Origin: Podarcis filfolensis
Taxonomy: Eukaryota
NCBI GenBank assembly: GCA_964270895.1
Contig: OZ185442.1
DNA length: 64,000 nucleotides
Strand: one strand, 5' to 3'
Shown here: one piece after another, positions 13,212 through 25,200 of the stretch
Layout of the letters: each line of letters starts with the position of its first letter
Numbering within the stretch: position 1 is the first letter of the stretch
The notes under the pieces: model-generated
The model's database searches: none
Told to the model about the DNA's origin: nothing
The model's input: the letters and a program-made list of their open reading frames with translations, nothing else
Program-made: the position numbers and the translations under genes

Positions 13212-16200
13212 GCAAAGCTGCCAATTCTATTCCACTCCTGGAAACAAAGATTTTAAGACAAAGATTTCTAGGTGCCCAGAATCATGTCAATTTGTTTGTA
13301 GGGTTGTCCGCAAACCACGTAAATTGCCTCCCTCATTTTGAGGGCAGGTTTTCTGATGCTGCAGCAACAGCACTGTAGCAACCGCTTGCTGCACAGGCGA
13401 AGGGAAAGGGGGTGAGGGCACAGTGGTGTACCTTTGCCACACTCACACACACCCTTCTCCTCTTGGTGGAAAGCTCTGATAAGATCCGAGCTGGGAGCCC
13501 TGACCATTTCCCTGCCCTTCTCTAGCTTCACATGCTTAAGAGTCTACCAACCTGCCCCACAAAACCTGGCTCCAGAGGTGCGTGGAAATGGGATGTTGGA
13601 ATCCTGATAGGAGCCGTAAGCATTCGAGACCCTGGGGAATGTTGGCAAGGGCGGCGTGACGGAGTTTGGGAGTGCATAGGGGCTGCTGGAAGAGCTGTCC
13701 TCCTGGTTCTGAAACAGAAAACAGATTAAGAGTTGCATGCATGGAGCCCATCATCTTGACAACTGGGCTTTCGTACTGAAACACCAACATGCCAATATGT
13801 CAGGGAGGGGGCATAGCTCTAAGGTAGAGCGCATGCGTTGCAGGCAGGCAGTCCCAGGTTCTATCTCTGGCAACCCCAGTTAAAGCTATCCCAGAAAGCT
13901 CTTTCTGTCTGACGCTCCAGAGGGCTACTGCCAATCACAGAAAGCAAAATGGGGATGGATGGACACAGTATGAGCTGGGATCAGGCACTTTCCTACATTA
14001 CTGTGCAGGCCTGCAGGGTCAGCCAGGTCCCCTTTTAAACTTTCCCAGTTTGCCATGTTTAAAGCGAAGGAACATGGGAGTAGCATTATTACTCTAACTA
14101 AGGATAGTAGATTTATCAGGCAGAATTGAAAACAACCAATTAGACAAAACAGACTTTCAACCGGTGTTGAGTTCATATATATACATATATTATACAATCC
14201 TGTTGTTTAACTGCAGCATTATGTATCACTGTTTCATATACATGTTATTAAGAGTTCAATACAGTACCATTTTCATATTTTGGATCTTTTTGTCTTGCAT
14301 GCACTGTTATCTAGGGACCCTTGTGTATTTTTAACTGCAAGGTACAGCAGGGCTGCTATTCCCCCTGGCCTGCAATCACGCTACTCATGTGGGAATTGAG
14401 TGTCTTGTCACCACACACAGAAACTCAACGCCAATCAGCTTTCTGCTTTTAAAAGGAAAAAGCACAGAGCCAATGGAGAGGTGTCTCTTAGGACTGGAGA
14501 GCAGCAGAATGAACCCAGATACATCATTTGTTGTTGCCATTTTCTATTGTGGTCCCTAAGGAGGCTCTCTTCCTGAATCAGAAAGCATTTGCCACAGTGG
14601 TAGAAGAACAAGGCCAAAGAAGAACACTTTGTGGCCAACCAGGGCTTAGTTCTTAAGGCTTAAGGGCACTTCTAGATGGGGATTTCAAAGCACTTCCAAA
14701 TCCTACAGCAGAGGTGCACAGAGGTGCTGTTCCTGGTATCCCAGTCCTCAGTCTGCCGCAGAGCATGCAACTTGCATGACTGCTGTCTGGTTTACAGCAA
14801 GGAGAAGAGGGCAGTGGAATATGCCCCCTTGGGGTTTGAGGAACATTTCCTGTCAGTGGCACAAAATGTTTTGCAAAGCAGGAATCAGAACATTCATAAG
14901 ATGAGAAACCTGCTACCCAGCCTCTGCAGCAACCCACATGCCAGTGACAAGGGCCAGCCAGCTTGAGAATCAGAAACCCTCCCTGCAGATAAGCAAATTT
15001 TGGCACCTCTGCCCAATGTGGTTTCTATGCTTCTGCTTTAGCAATACAATGCTAAAAACTGAAAGCATGGAAAGCTACTATGGACAAGTTTTAAAATCTG
15101 TTGTAAAGCGCTCTGGATTTGTAAAGAAAAAAGGGATACTAGGAGTTTTTTCCCAAACAAAGGTCAAGGAGACTAGGGCAAAATGAGAAGACAGGTTGGA
15201 GCTGAAAGCCATTTCCTACCACAACAGACTCCAGACAGGAGACCAACTGGCGCAGACAGGGCTCCAGGCAGCACTGATTCCGTTTCACCTTCTGCATGGA
15301 AGTGTCCTTCAGGATCTGCAAGAGGCCCCCACATACTATGTGAATGGAATGGGTCATGAACACACACACACACCCCCAGCTTCTCCACACACTCAAACAA
15401 TGATCAAGGCTCCACGACTGAGGGTTCCTCGGGACAGAATTCATGGGTAGGCAGCCAATGTGGAGACCCTCCCTGTTCCCGGACCTCCACAGCCTTCTGC
15501 CACCCCACCTGCCAGAGAGTTGCTCGCTTGCAGACCCACCTTCAGCAGCTTGGCCTTCATGGTGGAGGGGATGGTGGTCTGATTGACAAACTGGAAGGAG
15601 GGGGCAGCATTGTTGGGATACTGAGCAGGGAACATCACCAGCATCTTGACCCTGTGGTTGCTGCAGTGCACGGAGACGGTGCAGCTACGATTTACAGCAT
15701 CCATCTGCCAAAGCCAATGGAGGAACAGAGGAGATGTTAGGAGAATATTTTGTTAGTGGATCCAATTCCACTGACCTACTTCAAGGAACAGTGGAGGTCC
15801 GCAAGGGGACCAGACTCGATCTGGACCCTACAATAATCATCATCCTCAGTGGTGGCTGGTACCCATTGGAACTGGATTCTATTGGTGGAAGGCAGGGAGA
15901 CCAACAGTAGGAGAGCAAATGGTGGGCTGAGCCAAGTGGTTCTGGAATTGTCCCCATCTTCCTTTCTGCTGAGTTCTGTAAGGTCAACACAGAGACTAAA
16001 GAGGAAGTTGACAGCCAGTGCTATCATCTAGACTAGTTGTAAGAAAGAAGTTGGCTGCGGAGGGCTGACTGGCTGTGGGAGACCGAGCTTGGTGGGGCAA
16101 TGCCCTATTCACCCTAATAAACCAGCCTCTCTTGATCATCATTACTGTTATTATCACAGAAGGTTCCAAGTTACATTTCTTTTTGTTTGTAAACTGCTGC

Positions 16201-19200
16201 TGCTATTGTTGTTGCTACACTTAAAGTACGTACTTAGCAAATAATTTAAGTGAAGTTCTTGCCTGAAGGCTCAATCTTTGTTTTAACAAATGTATCTTCT
16301 TCCTTAGACTTCAAAAACAGATTTTGTATACTGCTTAAAGCAATTTTGGAAAAGTAAATGAACTGTTATTTTATAATGAAACAAGGAAATTCACCACCAG
16401 AGCAGTCTAAAAACAGATGGGGCTCAAGGTGAGGATGGCTGAAAACAATGTCACAGATCTACTCTGGACAGACTCACTAAAATCAGGGGGCCTCAATGAG
16501 TCATGACCATTAATATCAATGGGTCAATTCTAAGTAAGAACACTGGATGCAACTCAGTATTTGGGCTGGCTGCTTCCACATTCTCTCCCCCCTCCCCTGC
16601 TTTCTGCTTAAGTGGTACTCCAAAAAGTGAGGGCATCATGGATGCAACCCTGCCAGGGAAGTCTCTAGACCCTTCCCTTGGCCTGTCAAGGAGTCATGGC
16701 CCAAGAAAGGCAGCCTGCCAGAAGATGGCAAACAATCCCCACCCAGCAGCAGACAGGGTGTTGCGAATTCCACCCTCTCAAGCAACAGCACACCCAACAG
16801 GAGGACATGGCTCCTCCCTCACCTACCTCCATGTTGACGTTTCGGATCTGCACGTTGATCAGAGAGAATTCCTGCTGCAAGGTTTGAGGCAGCCCCAGCT
16901 GGTCTAGCTTTTTCCCCACCAGGAGACTTTTCTGGGAGTCTTCTTTCAAGGCTGTCAGGGAGAGAAGGCAGTGCTGAGGATCTGTGCCCTCCTCCTCCCA
17001 TCCCCAGTCAGAGAAAGTGGGAAGAGGTGGGACAACAAGCTGAAAGTGCCAGGCATTTGGGGGTGATGAGGAGAGAATTAGAGTGGAATTGGACAGGGGC
17101 AGACAGGAAGATTATTCCTTCATAGAAGTCTGATGGACTATTTGAAGCTCTGATACTTCAGCAATGTTTTTAAGGCTGAAGTGGAGAACTTTTCCTCCTG
17201 AGAGCAGCATTCTGTCAGGGTCTACAGAACACCAGCAGTGGGTAAAAAGTGGGAAAGGGTGGAGCTAGACCCCTTTCCCTTTTTCTACCACCCCCTCTGT
17301 CCGTCCCCCTCTCACACTTTCTGCCACCTCTTCTTCTCTTTGCCTAAAATGAGTCAAGGGCTGCCATTGCCAAACCCTCTTCTAGGGTTGAAGCCCAGAT
17401 ATGCAACTCAGTTGCCACCTGCAGAGAGCAGGCAACTCCTGTAGGCAAGTCTTTGTAACTCAAGCCCTTCCTGATGTTGTGGAGCCTCACCTGTGCAACT
17501 CCCACCCATTCGCCTGCTCCCTTTTATGCTATTCAAACACCCACTGAAGACTCTGTTCACTAACAAGTGCCCCTTCTCCCCCCCCTCCACCAGAGCATGT
17601 TGTGTAGCATCCACTGAAGACCAATGGCTTAATTGCTTTCAGCAACTTATGTACCATCTCTACTTTTGAAGTAGAAACCCCCTTGCCTGCAAAATGCTCT
17701 GCTTATTCAGCACAGATCTGTTGCTGGTAATCTTCTCTGTAGACATACTGCCTTTGAATCTGTGGTGGTTGCAGTGGTGGCTGGTGCCCACTGTGGCTGT
17801 TGGGTGGAGGGCAAGGCAGCTAACTGAGAGATAGAGCCAGGGGTAGCAGGGCTGACCCTGTGACAGGGTCTTTTCAGTAATGGCTCGCCAGCTGTGGAGT
17901 GCCCTCCCTAGCGAGGTACACCTGTCTCCAACATTATTATTTTTCTGGAGGAATTAGAAAGCATACCTATTTACCCAAGTGCATGGCTGAAGACCACTGT
18001 TACTAGCAACCTTGAGATCACTGGATGCAAGAATGTTTTTAACTGTAACTACTTTTAGATGTTCTTAATTGAGCCAGTGTGGTGTAGTGGTTAAGAGCGG
18101 TAGTTTTGTAATCTGGGGAACCGGGTTCGCGTCTCCGCTCCTCCACATGCAGCTGCTGGGTGACCTTGGGCCAGTCACACTTCTCTGAAGTCTCTCAGCC
18201 CCACTCACCTCACAGAGTGTTTGTTGTGGGGGAGGAAGGGAAAGGAGAATGTTAGCTGCTTTGAGACTCCTTAAAGGGAGTGAAAGGCGGGATATCAAAT
18301 CCAAACTCTTCTTAATTGTAATTGTTTTTGGAGTCTCTTAACTGTTTTGGAATACTATTGCTTCCATTTTTGTTTTTAAATTCAATTTATGAATTAATAA
18401 TAGTAATACTGGGAGGGAATGGGACATGGTTGAGGGAGGCCTCCTCAGAGTGACATGCAAAAGAAGGCACAAAAGAGTCTGCCAGCTCCACGAACCACCC
18501 AGGCACCCCCTCGCCTCACCTTCCTCTTCTCCATGGTTGGCATTTTGCTGGGGCTCAGTGTCTTGGGAAGGCAGGGCCTTGTCTGGCTCTGGCAGGAGAG
18601 AAATCCCATCGATGAGCTCCTCCACCCCTTCCAGGAGGTCATTGGAGCACAGCTGGAACAAGAAGCAGCAAATGCAGCGAAGCAGAAACAGAGCATGCCA
18701 TGGATGCAGCACAGCAAACATGGTGCAACTGGAAAACATGCCCACCCAAGTTCCAAGTTGGCTAGGATTTCTGCGCCATCCCTGTCTAGAGACCTCACTG
18801 GCTTCACGCTGCTTGTTCCAAGCTCCCACATAACCCTTGCCCTGGTTCATATAACCTCCACACCAGCTTTTTCCCATAAGTCCCAATATGCTCCCTCTTC
18901 TGGCTGCATTTCAACATTCTCACAAGAGACCTCACCTGCATTATTGCTTCCTTGCAACCATCCCAAAGGGATCACCACCCACACTTTGGGAAACCCTGAG
19001 CCTTGCTTGCTTATAGGTTTATCATCTGCAAAGGTGGACAAAACTGTACAGCTTCCTGCTGGCACACCTTGCATGCCCCCTTCCTGTTGGGGGCAAGGGG
19101 AGCTTACACTGCAGTTTGAGGAATGCTGACTTAGAGGAAAGGAGATACAAGGACACAGTTATGTGTTTCACAACTGCTGAACCACCACCACCTCCACCAC

Positions 19201-22200
19201 CAAAAGACGAGAGGCAGCTCTTGACCAGGGCCCCAAAGGGAAGGAGAAAAGGCCCAGGTTTTGGTGAGGGAGCTGTAGGTTAGATTGAGGGAATGCTTCC
19301 TGACTCTAAAAGCAGTGGGATGAAGACGTTGACCAAGGACACTAGTGTAATGGTGCTTCCATGCTGATGTTTAAGCAGGTGATGAACTTCTATCAGAATT
19401 AAGAGATTTTGCCAGTGCAAAGGGTTGATCCAGATACTCTCAAGGTGGGTTCCACTTGCTTGATTTATTCTGCTGAAACCACCATAAAGTCAGGAACAGG
19501 AAAGAGGTTTGATACAAAAGCACAGAAAGAAAACCCCGCAACAGGAGAGGGACCCAGGACAACAGGAAATACCTGACAATTTAGGTGGCAAATAGATGTT
19601 TTCTGGTTTCTAACATCTGCAACTTTGAGCAAAACAAAAAAGGAAAGACTATGCCACCTGCCACTTACCCGTTGCAGCTGGCAATCAACTCGCCACATCC
19701 GAAGTGTCTGATCTCGAGACCAGGTGACCAGCTGGTAGTCCTTGGATCCTGAAAGATTAAAGAGTTTAAACTCTGGCTCTTTTGAGATGGTATGGTATTT
19801 TGAAGACTATCTCTGTACTCTGCTTGAGATGTTTGGCCCACATTTTTGTACTTTTGCTCTCTCAAGGGTGGGGGAGAGGGAGAAGGGTGAATTTAGAATT
19901 ATCTTTATATGATGTCTGGCAATGTTGGGTTTTGCTTGTAGACCAACTTCTGTATGTACTCTTTTGATTTCACCTGTTTCGAAACTCAATAAAAATCACA
20001 TACAAAGAGCTCAAACCAGCCCATGTTCCTTTGATATTAAAGGAATGGGTAAATTGAAGACCGTGTGAAATGCAGCTTAAGCCCAATATTTGTGACACAA
20101 GCGCCCAATATCCTTTCCCGCCTTGTGTCATGCATGGCATTTTGCTCTGCATAGTTAGATCAGAATTCTCAATTTCTTTTGGCCATCACAGATTCCCACC
20201 CCCCGGCGAATACAGTTGCAGAACGGGGGGGGGGGGATCTCTTATGGGTTACTGCAATTTAATTTTAAATGAACTAGTTGAAGAACAGAGAGACATGACA
20301 CAGAGAGGGAAGACACAATGTAATTGAAAACACACTGCCTGAAAAGAGCCAGAACAGGCTTTAAGCTGCAAAGCCACCTCTGTGCTTTGTGGGCCAGACA
20401 GCCAGCAGGCACACTGAGACCACTATGAGAAGGACGCATCTGTCACACACCTTCCTTCTGCTTCCGCCACTGGAATTCTAGCACAACATCATCGTGCCCA
20501 ACAAAGGTGTGGACCGGCGTGTTCAGGTCAAAGACATTCCAGAGGAGGAGGCTGTTCTCTCTCCGCAGCTGGGGCACCATCACTGTCACCAGTCCATTGC
20601 TGAAAGGCTAAAAAGTCACAGGAGAAGGTTGGAGGTTCAGAAACTCAGAAATTCAGAAATGTTTCTCAGTTGCCCTTTCCCCACCAAAACAAGTTACAAC
20701 ATGGCAACACACATGCATCTTTGTAATGTGTGAGTGATCACATCTGAAAGACCTGACAGTTAGCGGAACACTCCTGGGTGTGTGCCCAGCTCCTGTGCTA
20801 ATTAACAGTGCCAATGTATCAAACCTCAGTGATTTTCACAAGCTTTATTCCTTATGGCTCTTGGGTGGAGAGTGAAGCAGGCTGCAATCTCAAGTTGTTC
20901 CATGCTCTTCATTACTGTTCTTCTCTCTGCCACCTCTGCTACTTCCTACTTTACCCATGAGGCAGAGAAGAAGAGGGTCTTACATCATCTTAGTTGTAAA
21001 CATGTGAACCTAGGAGTGTTGGAGGGTTGTTTTTTGCTTGGGATATATTTGTATGAAGGAGATACACAAACACCTTAGATTAAGTTTGCAAACTTACAAG
21101 AGTCATTCCCACTGCAAGGGAGAAAAGGAGGAAAGCCTCTTTTAAGACATCCCTGCTGAGATACATACCATCTTTCCCCGAAAGTAAGACATTCCCCGAA
21201 AATAAGACCTACTTCCAGTTTTGCCTCTCGCTGTAATATAAGGCATCCCCCCAAAATAAGACCTCTCCGATAATAAGGCCTCCCCCGAACATAAGGCTTT
21301 CCCGGAATATAAGGCCCCCGAAGCTACCGTAAGGCGTCTGACTCCTCTGGACAGTAGCTCACTGATTGGCCGCAGCGCAGCCAGAGCTGTTCAGGCAGTG
21401 CGATGTCTCTTTAAATCAGAGAGCCCGCGCCGCCCCCAGGACAAGCTGCCACCTGCTGCTCGCTCTGCCCTGACGGAGTCTGGCTGACTCACAATTAGAC
21501 AATAAATGTGTACCGTATTCTTCTTCATAGAAAAATAAGACATCCCCTGAAAATAAGACCTAGCGCATCTTTGGGAGCAAAAATTAATATAAGACACTGT
21601 CTTATTTTCGGGGAAGCAAAGTATGTCTATCACCTGAAAACAGATAAATATGCTTTTTCTCTTTGAGTATTTGCCTGACCAGCTTTCTCAGTTTGGCTCT
21701 GTCCTTACCGTGTATCTGGCTTTCCAGACAGGAACCTGACATGCCAGGATGTTGAGGTATTTTCGGGGTTGTCGGTAATCCCAAAACTTCAACGAAAGAG
21801 ATAACAAGCCAGTTTAGGAGGAGGAGGAGGAGGAAGAGGATGCTTAGCAGCAGCAACATACACACACCTGGGAGATCACAGCACAACAAGAGCACTACAG
21901 CATGGCCAGAGTGGCAAGGACTTCTGTAAGTGTACATATGCTATTTGGAATAACATCCCACTGGAGGACTGGGGTATTCATGAAGGATTTTTAGTATGTG
22001 GGCTCCCCATTGTCCTTTCAGCATCAAGTACCACAGTAAGATGACCAGTCCTGCTCCATGTATCATTTGAAGGTATAAACCACCCCTGGCTTGCCCACAA
22101 ACCTCACCCATCACACCCCTGTCAATCACACCGAGAAAGGGGAGCAGAGGCCATCCTTTCTATTGGCAGGACTTTCTAGCAGTAGTAAGACATGTGCATA

Positions 22201-25200
22201 TCTGAAAGAAGCTTCCTGGCTACAGGAAACACAGCTATAACATCTTGGGGTTTTCCTGGTTCCGGTCGCCAGATACCCAGAAGGCACCTGAAGCTGGAAA
22301 TGCTTTTTAATCAACACAAGAATAGACAGCTGGGGCCCTCCTCAGAGGAAAAAGCCCTTGTCACCACCATTAATGTACTGGTAAATCTGTTCTGCGGAGG
22401 GCTGTCCTTGAAAACAGTCTGGAAACAAAATGCTGCTGCCCTCCTCATGCTAGAATTGGGCCAAAGACACAGCTAAGTAAGAGTAGTACACTCAGTACAC
22501 CACCTCTCTGAAAGCTACCATGTATAATTAAAACATGAAAGCAATGACCCATAAAGTCCTATAAACTGCCTTAGGCCATGATGCTTTCAAGCAGGGATGG
22601 GGAATGCCTGACCCTGCAAATGTGGCCTGACTTCGCCTCTCATCACCCCTGTTGGCCACATTAGGCTGGGGCCGATGGGAGCTGGAAACCAACTACACTT
22701 GGAGGGCCTCAGGTGAATCACCCCTGCATTAGGGGAAAGGTTATGTTATGCCGGTATGTTGCAGTGGTTAAGAATGTTGGGTTGCAACCTGGGAGACCAA
22801 GGTTCAAGTTCCCAGCCAGCCATGAAGCTCACTGGGTGACTTTTGACCTCTCAGCCTAAGCTACCGCACAGGGTCACTGCACATGGATGGAACTTCACAA
22901 ACAAATATAAGAACACACACAAAAACAGGCAGATCCAGCTTTTGCAAAACAAAATGCAAAGATGCCCAAAGACTGCAATGATTTTTTAGCCTGTGGCAGC
23001 GTCACACACTGTGACATGCAGCAAGGAGTATGGGAAAGGAGTCTTGGAAAAGACTGGTTGCTTATTCACCAGGACACCCCTTCCCTCAAAATGGGCTGGT
23101 GCCCACACATACCCTCCATTCATTTCCCAGTGGCCCCCAATGGCTGTGAAGACTGGCAGGGACCAGCACAACTGGAACTCTCCACCTGCCTGGCTAGTGA
23201 AGTTCACATTTCAGCCAGTTTGAAAGGTAAGCCCCATGTCAGAACTGGGCTTAAGGGCCCTCAAAACCCAGCCCCACCCACCCACCTACCCTGACAGAGT
23301 TGTCCTGGCTGGACGTAGCCAATATGTTCTCATTGTCTGGGTGCCAGTCCAGGCCATGGATTTTAGAGAGATGAGCAGCCAAGTACTCCACCGCAGTGCC
23401 GGGTTTCTGCAAGAAGAGATTTCATTTGAAAGCTTGCACACGAGATGACCACAACCATCTCCCTTAGAGGGGCAACAGTGACTCACCCGCCTGTCCCAAA
23501 TGCGCACATCCCCGTCATGGCTGGTTGCCAAGCAGTGGGCATTCTTCTTATTCCATTTTACCTGGGAGGCACCAGCTGCAGGAGGGACAGAGCACACACA
23601 CAATTTAAAAGAACACCAACATGCCAATAGGTTGTATGGTCAGGTGAGTATGACGACGACACAGCAAATGCAAGTGAGATGTCAAGTCAAGGCCAGCCTG
23701 GGTATTGTATCTTGCTGGGCACAAATAATTGACAATGAATAGGGCAAGAGCTTTCGAAAATGGAGTGGTCACCAGAGGCGTAGTACAGAATGCTGCAGGG
23801 TGCAGCACAGCCACCCGAGAAGGCCAGCCCAGGGCACCAGTCAAGAACCAAGCCAGCTCATCTGCAGCCTACTGATGCAGCAGGCAACTGTCTGGGCAAG
23901 TGGGGCATGGGTCAGATTTGAAAAATAGGTTATCGCAGGTGTAGGCAAAAGGTAGATTGGGATCTATTGGAAGACTCCTGGGTGATTTGCAGCAGATTGC
24001 CAAGAAGCTCTGGTTCACAATGCCTTAGCAAGAACACCAACAAAATGACTCCCCTGCCCTGTCCTAAATTATGCTACTGAAAAAAGGTCTGAGTAAGGCA
24101 GAAGTTGACACTTTATGCTAGCTTCTCCCAAGCTGGTGCCCTCCACATACTTAGGGCTACTACTCCCTCCAGCCACAACCATGCTGGTTGGGGCTGATGG
24201 GAGTTGTAGGGCATGACATCTGGAGGGCACCAGGTTGAGGAAGGCTGCTTAATACCATTGCCAGATCTGCTACTGCCTGCTCCAATAGTGGCAGGCATGC
24301 CACAGGTTGGACACCTTGTGGGCTACTGGAAACCAGTGCCAAGACCTCTTCTTTGCAGGGCACTTAACACCAACTACCGAGTGAAATATTATGCCAATAT
24401 TTCAAATTCCACCTAACCAACTGGTACTTACCGACGGCAGAAAGTGAGACAGTAGGCTTCCGAGTGTCCCTGAAATACAACAATACCAGCATAAGCATAT
24501 ATACTGTTCCCTCTCTATTCAGGTTAGTACCTCTCAATTTTTGCTTCTCCAACTTAAAACTGGAGACACAGAGTTCTAACACTCAGTAAGTTTTGCATTT
24601 TGGGGGTAACAAACTTCACTCATTTTGACCAGTGACATGTGATACAGAGAGGCAACAGCATTACTTGCCTTCAGAGAAGGTGGACAGAAGAGGGCCAGGC
24701 CAGGCCAGGCCACTATGCAGAGACAGAGCAGGCAATCTTCTCTGCAGTTGAGGACTCTGAGCTTTCATTAATAGTTTAATTAACTTCTTTTTTCTTCTTT
24801 TCTATTACGTTTTATTGTAATTTATATTCGGTGTTAGCCGCCCTGGCCAGGGAGGGCGGGGTCTACATAAAATTTTATTATTTCTATTATTATTATTATT
24901 ATTATTTGCTCATTTCTCACGGCATTGAATTTGAAAACGACTGACCTAGGCGGACAGCAAATCATTCAGCCTCCACCAGCTCCCACAACTGAAGCTCAGC
25001 TGCATGGTAGCTTCTGCACAATGCGGCGGGGGGGGGGGGTGGACTATGCTAGTGAGGCAAAGTGCAGAATGCACAGGGGCCTTACAGACACAGGCTGCTG
25101 GGGTTTCTAGTTCACTTGCCTGGGGAGGGCTCCTTCATGATCCCAAATATGAAAGAGCAAAACCCATTCACCAAGAGGATATTACTAGGGACAGCTTCAC

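Noticed and set aside
13051-13378. Poly-Leu and poly-Tyr ORFs
   Set aside because: Artefacts of the (TTA)n microsatellite
18455-19129. 224-aa plus-strand ORF
   Set aside because: Antisense to WDR59 exon 12 and intron; no recognisable domain or splice or promoter support
21168-21320. Regularly spaced ~18-bp repeats resembling a CRISPR-like array
   Set aside because: They are subterminal repeats of a TA-flanked DNA transposon, with no unique spacers, in a vertebrate intron
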